Shown here piece after piece: positions 9,938-19,900 of a stretch of DNA of 37,401 bases (position 1 is the first letter of the stretch; each line of letters begins with the position of its first letter). The notes beneath the pieces were generated by a model. It did not search any database and had not been told where the DNA came from. It saw only the letters and a program-made list of their open reading frames with translations. The stretch comes from a virus. Taxonomy: Duplodnaviria; Caudoviricetes. Position numbers and translations under genes: made by a program. The stretch spans positions 1-37,401 of IMG/VR virus record IMGVR_UViG_3300017909_005256, one strand, 5' to 3'.

Positions 9938-10826
9938 TTATTACCTTATAATCCCAAAAGTTATCAAAATATGCTTGTAACCTTTCTTCTCGATCTTCAT
10001 CAAAATTAAATATTATACCAGAGTTTTTTGCAGATAAAATTCTATAAAGTTTTTTAATGCAATCGCCTCCAGTTATTGCTCCATAAATAGATTCATAAGT
10101 ACCAAGTGCTCTTTGTCTTTCAGATACAGGTTTAGTTATTAATCCTATTTTCTTACCTTTTAGTAAAGCCATAATACCCATTTCACTATTTTGCCCGCAA
10201 GCCATTTGCTTACAGTTCATAAGTAGTTCAAATCCACCTTCTTTTTTATTTAAAACATTTTCTTCACCGTATCTAAGTCTAAATTTTGCAATAAATAAAT
10301 GTGCTGTTATTGGATGAGGTTTTACTACATATCCATCTTTCATATATTGGTCGAATCTACGCCAATTTATACAGTTAGGATTTGATAATAAATTTGTTCC
10401 TGGTGGAAATACTACCTTATCGTAAAATTCTGTGTTCCATTGTAAACTATATTTGTTTTCTAAACAATTTATAATTTTTTCTATTCTCTCTTCATCGATC
10501 TTCATTGAATTATCATTTGCAATATATCGAAGAAGTTTATCATTAATTGGTAAAGAAGGAACTCTAAAGTATATTCCTCTACCAAGAAAATCTGTGTATA
10601 ACCATTTTCTCACTGTTCGAATTTCATTGGTGTTAAACCAAAGATCATACTGTACGTCAGAGTTTCTATACTGATTAGGTAAGATTTCTCTTAATTCTGA
10701 TAACTCATCTAATTGTCCTTTTGGTCTAAAACTAGACCCAGATTTCATAAAATGAGTTGCGACATCTCCCAGTGCTTCATTTATACTAAGTGCTGATAGT
10801 TTTTTAGTTGGTTTCTTTGCTACCAT
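9930..10826 (-). CDS. capsule polysaccharide synthesis KpsC/KpsS-like (GT-B) glycosyltransferase
   Basis: YVVKPHP motif followed by FELL..C....QNSEMGIMALLKGKKI, matching the KxHP...NSxxGxEALLxGKxV pattern of KpsC/KpsS-type transferases. Confidence 0.6.
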   Translation of the reverse strand: MVAKKPTKKLSALSINEALGDVATHFMKSGSSFRPKGQLDELSELREILPNQYRNSDVQYDLWFNTNEIRTVRKWLYTDFLGRGIYFRVPSLPINDKLLRYIANDNSMKIDEERIEKIINCLENKYSLQWNTEFYDKVVFPPGTNLLSNPNCINWRRFDQYMKDGYVVKPHPITAHLFIAKFRLRYGEENVLNKKEGGFELLMNCKQMACGQNSEMGIMALLKGKKIGLITKPVSERQRALGTYESIYGAITGGDCIKKLYRILSAKNSGIIFNFDEDREERLQAYFDNFWDYKVING

Positions 10827-10974
10827 TTCTTAACTCAAAAACTATTTTTTCTATATTTTTTAACCTTTCCTCTGTTTCTCCCAGAGTATCATATATCGCT
10901 GCCATCATACTTTCTAATTTTCCATTTAAGTAATCTGGACTTACATCTTTTTTTGTGCCAAATTCATTTGCCAT
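10804..10974 (-). CDS. small coiled-coil hypothetical protein (56 aa, not in ORF track)
   Basis: Read by hand: MANEFGTKKDVSPDYLNGKLESMMAAIYDTLGETEERLKNIEKIVFELRNGSKETN; starts 2 nt after the giant ORF's stop and overlaps the next gene, exactly filling the gap. Confidence 0.7.
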   Translation of the reverse strand: MANEFGTKKDVSPDYLNGKLESMMAAIYDTLGETEERLKNIEKIVFELRNGSKETN

Positions 10975-10976
10975 TT

Positions 10977-13900
10977 TTAGTTTGTTTCACTCCATTGTGA
11001 GCCATCCCAGTAGGAGAATCCAAAGTCAGAAGCGCTTGAAACTTCTGTATTGAATAGTGTACCTGCAGAGCTGGCTGTTACTCGTTCAAATATTGTTGTT
11101 TGCGTTGAGAAAGTTGTAGTTGTAAGTGCGCCAGTGGCAACCGTAGTATCAGTTGATTTACTTGTTTCAAAAGTTGTAGTTGTTGTTGTACCTCTTGAAG
11201 AGGAAGTAGATATAGTTGTTTCAAATGTAGTTGTTGTACCAACTGCAGTATCTGTAGTTGTAGTTGTTTCAATTGTTGTGTCTGTGGCTCTTGTAGTTAA
11301 AGTAGCTTGAGAGGTATCTGTATCTTGTGATGTCTCGAATGTAGTTGTTGTACTTTGAGAAGTATCCGTACCTCTACTTGTTTCTGTACCTTGAGATGTT
11401 GCAAATGTAGTTGTTGTAGATTGACTTGTATCTGTTGATCTGCTAGTATCTGTATCTTGAGCTGTTTCAAATATAGTAGTTGTACCTCTATTTGTTTCTG
11501 TAGCTCTAGATGTTGCAACAACAGATGATGTTTCAAATGTGGATACAGTATTAATTGTAGTATCAGTGCTTCTAGTTGTAAGAGTATCAAATACAGTATC
11601 AAATGCTGTAGTTGTAGACTGACTTGTATCTGTGCTTCGAGATGTTTCTGTACCTTGGGATGTTTCAAATGTAGTTACTGTGGCTACAACAGATATTGTA
11701 TTTCTGCTTGTTGCTGTATCATCAGTTGTCTCAAATCCAGTTACTGTACTCTTAGAAGTTGCAGTATCTTGACTTGTTTCTGTAGATTGAGTTGTTTCAA
11801 ATACAGTTGCTGTACTTTGAGTTGTGTCTGTTCCTCTACTTGTGCCTGTATCTTGCGTAGTATTAAATGTTGTAGTTGTGCTTTGTGTAGTATCAGTGCC
11901 TCTAGTTGTTTCTGTGCCTTGTGATGTTTCAAAGGTTGTGCTAGTAGATTGAGTAGTGGCAGTACTTCGAGAGCTTGCTGTCGATTGATCGGTTTCAAAA
12001 GTTGTAGTTGTTGACTGAGTTGTAGCAGTATCTCTCGAAGTAGCTGTTCCTTGTGAGGTATCATATACAGTTGATGTAGATTGTGATGTAGATGTATCTC
12101 TAGAACTTGATGTAGACTGATCTGTTTCAAATGTTGTAGTTGTATTTTCTGTTGTATCAGTTGATCTAGTTGTTTCTGTACCCTGTGATGTTTCAAATGT
12201 AGTTACAGTAGCTACAACAGATATAGTATTTCTGCTTGTTTCTGTATCAGCACTTGTTTCAAATCCAGTTACTGTATTCCTAGAAGTATCTGTGCCTCTG
12301 CTTGTTTCTGTGCCTTGAGACGTTGCAAATGTTGTAGTTGTACTTTGTGTTGTAGCTGTGCTTCTTGAGCTTCCTGTAGACTGATCTGTTTCAAATGTTG
12401 TAGTTGTACTTTGAGTTGTGTCTGTTCCTCTACTTGTTTCTGTACCCTGTGATGTTTCAAATGTAGTTACAGTAGACTGTGTTGTAGCTGTGTCTCTAGA
12501 GCTTGATGTAGATTGGTCTGTATCAAATATGGTTGTAGTATTTTTTGATGTAGAAGTGTCTCTTGATGTTGCTGTACCTTGGTCTGTTTCATATGTTGTA
12601 ACAGTAGATTTTGATGTTGATGTACTTCTCGAACTTCCAGTAGACTGATCTGTATCAAAAGTTGTTGTTGTAGACTGCGATGTAGAAGTGTCTCTTGATG
12701 TTGCTGTACCTTGGTCTGTTTCATATGTTGTAACAGTAGATTTTGATGTAGTAGTGCCTCTAGAACTGCCAGTAGCCTGGTCTGTGTCAAAAGTAGTAGT
12801 AGTAGATTGGCTAGTGTCTGTACCTCTTGAAGTTTCAGTACCTTGTGATGTCTCAAAGGTAGTGGTTGTACTCTGTGATGTATCAGTACTTCTAGAAGTT
12901 CCAGAAGCTCTACTTGTATCAAATGTCGTAGTTGTGCTTTGTGTTGTGTCTGTTCCTCTACTTGTTTCTGTACCCTGTGATGTTGCGAATACAGTAGTGG
13001 TAGATTTAGATGTAGATGTATCTCTGCTTGAAGCAGTAGATTGATCTGTATCAAAAGTTGTTGTTGTATTTCTTGAAGTTAAAGTTGCTCTTGATGTAGC
13101 AGTACCTTGTGATGTTTCAAATGTAGTTACAGTAGACTGTGTTGTAGCTGTATTTCTTGATGTTGCTGTATCTTGTGTTGTATTAAATACTGTGTCGGTG
13201 CTTTGAGTTGTATCTGTTGTTCTACTTGTTGCTGTGCCTTGATCTGTTTCAAATGTAGTTGTTGTAGATTGACTTGTATCTGTTGATCTACTTGTACCTG
13301 TTGCTTGATTAGTATTAAATGTAGTACTTGTACTTTGTGTTGTGTCTGTTGTCCTACTTGTTGCTGTGCCTTGATCTGTTTCAAATGTAGTAACAGTAGA
13401 TTTTGAAGTTGCTGTACTTCTTGAGCTTCCTGTAGACTGATCTGTATCAAAAGTTGTAGTTGTAGACTGGGATGTATCAGTAGCTCTTGATGTTGCTGTA
13501 CCTTGATCTGTTTCAAATGTAGTTACTGTTGCTTTTGAAGTTGCAGTACTTCTAGAGCTTCCTGTGGACTGATCTGTTTCAAATGTTGTTGTTGTGTCTT
13601 GAGAAGTATCAGTAGCTCTTGAAGTTGCTGTACCCTGTGATGTCTCAAAGGTAGTAGTTGTAGCTTTTGAAGTTGCAGTATCTCTACTTGTACCTGTTGT
13701 TTGAGTTGTATTAAATATTGTAGAAGTAGTTCTACTTGTACCTGTTGCTCTTGAACTTGCTCTAGAAGTAATAAATGCTGTTTCAAATGTTGTTGTTTGT
13801 GAGGTATTTGTACTTTGTGCTGTATTTGTACTAAATGCTGTTGTTGTATTAAATGTTGTAGTTGTACCTGTGTTTGTACTTTGTGTTGTAGTTTCTGTAA

Positions 13901-16900
13901 ATGTTGTAGTTGTGCCTGTATTATAAACAGTTGTAGTTGTAAATGTAGTACTTGTAGTTGTATTTGTACCTTGTGCGGTACTTTCAATAAATGTTGTATC
14001 AGTAGCAAATGTTGTAGTTGTATCAAATACTGTTGAAGTAGTTGTATTTGTAGCTTGAGCTGTACTTTCAATAAATGTTGTATCTGTTTCAAAAGCTGTA
14101 GTTGTAGCAAATGTAGAAGTTGTATTAGTATTTGTACCTTGTGCTGTACTTTCAATAAAGGATGTATCTGTATCAAAAGTTGTTGTTGTATCAAATGTAG
14201 AAGTTGTATTAGTATTTGTACCTTGTGCTGTATTTGTTCCTTGTGAAGTACTTGTGTTTGTTCCTTGAGTTGTACTTTCGTTAAATGTAGTTGATGTAGC
14301 TGTATTTGTACTCTGTGATGTTCCTGTAGTTTGAGATGTGCTTGTATTTGTACCTTGAGTAGTTGAAGCATCAAATGTAGTTGTAGTGCTTGTATTTGTA
14401 CTCTGTGATGTTCCAGTAGTTTGAGATGTACTTGTATTTGTACTCTGAGTAGTTGCAGCATCAAATGTAGTTGTAGTACTTGTATTTGTACCTTGAGCTG
14501 TAGCTGTTGACTGAGCTGTGCTAGTGTTTGTACCTTGAGTTGTGCTTTCGTTAAAGGTAGTTGTAGTACTTGTATTTGTACCTTGAGCTGTAGCTGTTGA
14601 CTGAGCTGTACTTGTATTTGTACTCTGAGTAGTTGCAGCATCAAATGTAGTTGTAGTACTTGTATTTGTACCTTGAGCTGTATTTGTTGCCTGTGATGTA
14701 TTTGTACTTGTAGATGTGTTTGTACCTCTACTTGTTCCCTGAGATGTATTTGTACTTGTACTTGTGTTTGTGCCTTGTGCTGTAGCTGTTGACTGAGCTG
14801 TACTTGTATTTGTAGACTGTGTTGTACTTGCAACAAATGTAGTGTTTGTAGCTGTATTTGTACCTTGAGATGTATTTGTTCCTCTACTACTTACTGTATT
14901 TGTACCTTGAGCTGTATTTGTTGATTGAGCTGTACTTGTATTTGTCGACTGTGTTGTATTCTCATTAAATGTTGTATTTGTACCTGTATTTGTATTATTT
15001 GTAAAGCTCGTTGTAGTACTTGTATTTGTCGACTGTGTTGTATTCTCATTAAATGTTGTATTTGTGCCTGTATTTGTATTATTTGTAAAGCTTGTTGTAG
15101 TATTTGTATTTGTAGACTGTGTTGTACTCTCATTAAATGTTGTAGTTGTACCTGTATTTGTATTATTTGTAAAGCTCGTTGTAGTATTTGTATTTGTATT
15201 ATTTGTAAAGGCAGTTGTATACGTAGTTGTTGTACCTGTGTTTGTATTATTTGCAAAAGCAGTTGTATACGTGGTTGTTGTACCTGTGTTTGTATTGTTT
15301 GTGAAGGCAGTTGTATACGTAGTTGTTGTACCTGTATTTGTATTGTTTGTTTGAGATGTACTTGCAACAAATGTAGTGTTTGTAGCTGTGTTTGTAGCCC
15401 GTGATGTTAAATAAGTAGTTGTTGTACCAGTGTTTGTATTGTTTGTTTGAGATGTACTTGCAACAAATGTAGTGTTTGTACCTGTGTTTGTATTGTTTGT
15501 AAAGGTGGTATTTCTAACAAATACAGTATCTCTCTCCGCAATCGTGTTACGGCTTGTATTTGTACTTGTAGATGTGTTTGTACCTCTACTTGTTTGCTCT
15601 GGTTGCTGAATGGTAGTTCCAAATTCAGGGCAGAAGAAGCTAGTATTTGTAAAATAAACTGTTGTTGTGCCTGTGTTTGTATTGTTTGTAAAGCTGGTAG
15701 TTCTGTTAAACTCAGTTTCAGTTTGAACTGTGGTATTTCTTGACGTATTTGTACTTGTACTTGTGTTTGTACCTTGAGTTGTATTTTCATTAAATGAAGT
15801 ATTTGTACTTGTACTTGTGTTTGTACCTCTACTTGTATTAAAAAATGTAGCTGTAACTGTATTTGTTCCTTGTGTTGTACTTTCATTAAATGAAGTATTT
15901 GTACTTGTACTTGTGTTTGTACCTCTACTTGTACCTCGAGCTGTATTTGTGCTTGTACTTGTATTTGTACCTCTACTTGTGCCTTGAGATGTATTTGTAC
16001 TTGTACTTGTGTTTGTAGCTCTACTTGTACCTCGAGCTGTATTTGTACTTGTACTTGTATTTGTTGCCTGTGATGTATTTGTACTTGTAGATGTATTTGT
16101 GCCTTGAGATGTACCTGCTGTAAATGTAGTGTTTGTAGCTGTATTTGTAGCCTGAGATGTATTTGTACTTGTACTTGTGTTTGTACCTTGAGTTGTACTT
16201 GCAACAAATGTAGTATTTGTTGCTGTATTTGTAGCCTGAGATGTATTTGTGCTTGTACTTGTATTTGTACCTTGAGTTGTACTTGCTACAAATGTAGTGT
16301 TTGTTACTTGATTGAATGTTGTAGTTGTAGTAAAAGTAGTTGTTGTACCAGTATTATAATTTGTGTTTGTTGTAAATGTTGTAGTTGTAGCTGTATTTGT
16401 ACTCTGTGTTGTATTTTCATTAAATGTAGTATCTGTTGCTTCATTGAATGTTGTAGTTGTAGCAAAAGTAGTTGTTGTACCTGTATTTGTATTATTTGTA
16501 AATGCAGTTGTATAAGCAGTTGTTGTACCTGTATTTGTATTGTTTGTAAAGCTCGTTGTTGTAGTAAAAGTAGTTGTTGTACCTGTATTTGTTGACTGAG
16601 CTGTACTCTCAATAAATGTAGTATCTGTTGCTTGTAAGAACGTTGTAGTTGTAGCAAAGGTAGTTGATGTACCTGTGTTTGTTGACTGAGCTGTACTTGC
16701 TACAAATGTAGTATCTGTTGCTTGTAAGAATGTTGTAGTTGTAGCAAAAGTAGTTGTTGTGCCTGTATTTGTTGATTGAGCCGTACTCTCAATAAATGTA
16801 GTATCTGTTGCTTGTAAGAACGTTGTAGTAGTATTAAATGCAGTTGTCGTATTTGTATTTGTTGACTGAGCTGTACTCTCAATAAATGTAGTATCTGTTG

Positions 16901-19900
16901 CCTGTAAGAACGTTGTAGTAGTATTAAATGCAGTTGTTGTATTTGTATTTGTTGATTGTGTAGTGCTTGCCGTAAATGTTGTAGTTGTACCAGTATTAAA
17001 TGTAGTTGTAGTTGTAAATGTTGTAGTTGTACCAGTAGTTGTAGATTGAGCTGTACTTGTGCTTTGTGCTGTATTTGTAGACTGCGTTGTGCTAGCATCA
17101 AACGTTGTAGTTGTACCAGTAGTTGTGGATTGAGCTGTATTTGTACTTTGCGCTGTATTAGTTGATTGTGTTGTTCCAGCATCAAATGTAGTTGTAGTGC
17201 CTGTATTTGTGCTTTGTGCTGTACTTGTACTTTGTGCTGTGTTGGTTGATTGTGTTGTTGAGGCATCAAATGTTGTAGTTGTACCTGTGTTTGTACTTTG
17301 CGAAGTATTTGTTGAATCCGAGGTACTGGTATTTGTACCTTGAGATGTACCTGCTGTAAATGTAGTGCTTGTTGCTGTATTTGTTCCTTGTGCTGTACTT
17401 GTTGTTTGTGATGTTGTAGTTGTAAATATTGTAGTTGTAGCAAATGTTGTAGTTCTACTTGTACTAATTACAGTATCAAATGAGGTTGTATATGCTGTTG
17501 TAGTATCAAACTCTGTTGTAGTGTCCCTGTTTGTTTCAAAAGTTGTAGTTGTACTATATGCTGTTGTAGTATTAAATATAGTCGTTGTATTTTTTGATGT
17601 ATTAAATGTAGTAGTTGTTGTATAAGCTGTTGTAGTGCTAAATACGGTTGTTGTATTTTGAGTTGTATTAAATGTTGTTGTAGTTGTATATGCTGTAGTT
17701 GTATTAAATACAGTTGTAGTATTTTGAGTAGTATTAAATGTAGTTGTTGTTGTATAAGCTGTTGTAGTACTAAATACAGTTGTCGTATTTTGAGTTGTTT
17801 CAAAAGTTGTTGTTGTGGTGTATGAAGTTGTAGTGTTAAATACTGTTGTTGTATTTCGTGTAGTATTAAATGTAGTTGTAGTTGTATACGCTGTTGTTGT
17901 ACCAAAAGTCGTAGTCGTATTTCTGCTAGTCTCAAAGGTAGTTGTAGTTGTATACGCTGTAGTGGTTGTAAATACAGTTGTAGTATTTTGAGTAGTATTA
18001 AATGTAGTTGTTGTTGTGTAAGCTGTTGTTGTGCCAAAAGTTGTAGTAGTGCTTTGTGTAGTATTAAATGTTGTTGTAGTGTTAAATGTTGTGGTTGTAT
18101 TAAATGTTGTTGTTGTATTTTGTGTAGTATTAAATGTAGTTGTTGTTGTGTAAGTTGTGGTTGTATTAAATGCAGTAGTTGTATTTTGGGTTGTCTCAAA
18201 TGTTGTAGTAGTAGTAAACTGAGTAGTTGTATTAAATGTAGTTGTAGTAGACTGACTAGTATTAAATGTGGTGGTGGTATTAAATGCAGTTGTAGTTGTA
18301 AATGTAGTAGTTGTATTCTGGGTTGTCTCAAATGTTGTTGTAGTATCGTATGAAGTGGTTGTTGCAAATACTGTTGTTGTACTTTTTGTCGTATTAAATG
18401 TTGTAGTGGTATTAAATGCTGTTGTAGTCGTAAATGTAGTAGTTGTATTCTGAGTTGTTTCAAATGTAGTTGTAGTAGTATATGCAGTTGTAGTTGTAAA
18501 CTGAGTTGTTGTATTTTGTGTAGTATTAAATGTAGTTGTAGTTGTATATGCTGTAGTTGTATTAAATGTAGTAGTTGTATTCTGTGTTGTTTCAAACGTA
18601 GTTGTTGTGGTAAATTGAGTTGTAGTATTAAACACAGTTGTAGTAGACTGACTAGTATTAAATGTGGTTGTAGTTGTATATGCTGTTGTAGTATTAAATG
18701 TAGTTGTAGTATTTTGTGATGTAGCAAATGTTGTAGTTGTGGTAAATTGAGTTGTAGTATTAAATGTAGTAGTTGTACCCTGAGTTGTATTAAATGTAGT
18801 AGTTGTGTTAAATGCAGTTGTAGTTGTAAATGTAGTAGTTGTATTTTGAGTAGTGTTAAATGTTGTAGTTGTGTTAAATTGAGTTGTAGTATCAAAAGTA
18901 GTTATTGTACTCTGAGTTGTATTAAATGTAGTTGTTGTATTAAAAGCTGTAGTTGTTTCAAAAGTAGTTACTGTTGTTTGCCCTGTATTAAACGTAGTTG
19001 TTGTATTAAAGGTTGTTGTTGTTGTAAAGTTTGTAGTTGTATTTTGAGTTGTATTAAATGTAGTTGTAGTTGTAAATGCTGTGGTAGTTGCCACTGATGT
19101 AGTAGTGCTTTGTGTAGTATTAAATGTAGTTGTTGTTGTAAACTGAGTTGTAGTATTAAATACAGTTGTGGTATTTGTATTAGTTTCAAATGTTGTAGTT
19201 GTAGCGAACTCTGTAGTTGTATTAAATGTTGTTGTAGTACTCTGAGTCGTATTAAATGTAGTTGTTGTTGTAAACTGAGTTGTAGTATTAAAGGTTGTAG
19301 TAGTGTCTTGGCTAGTATTAAATGTTGTAGTTGTGTTAAAAGTTGTTGTAGTTGTAAATGTTGTTGTAGTACTTTGAGTTGTATTAAATGTAGTAGTTGT
19401 GTTAAATGCTGTTGTAGTTGTAAACGTTGTAGTTGTATTTTGAGTTGTATTAAATGTTGTAGTAGTATTAAATGCTGTAGTTGTATTAAACGTAGTTGTA
19501 GTTGTTTGTCCTGTATTAAATGTAGTTGTAGTATTAAATGTAGTTGTTGTTGTAAAGTTTGTGGTTGTACCCTGAGTAGTGTTAAAAGTTGTGGTAGTTG
19601 TAAATGCTGTTGTTGTACTAAATACAGTTGTTGTGTTTGTGCTAGTTTCTACAGTTGTTTGTGTAGTGAACTCTGTTGTTGTTGTAAAAGCAGTTTCTAC
19701 AGTTTCAGTTGTATTAAACGTAGTAGTTGTATCAAATGTTGTAGTTGTTTCAAAAGTTGTAACTGTACTCTGAGTTGTATTAAAGGTTGTACTAGTGGTA
19801 AATGTAGTTGTAGTACTAAATGTTGTTGTAGTGTTTTGAGTTGTATTAAATGTTGTTGTTGTGTTAAATGCTGTTGTAGTTGTAAATGTTGTAGTTGTGC

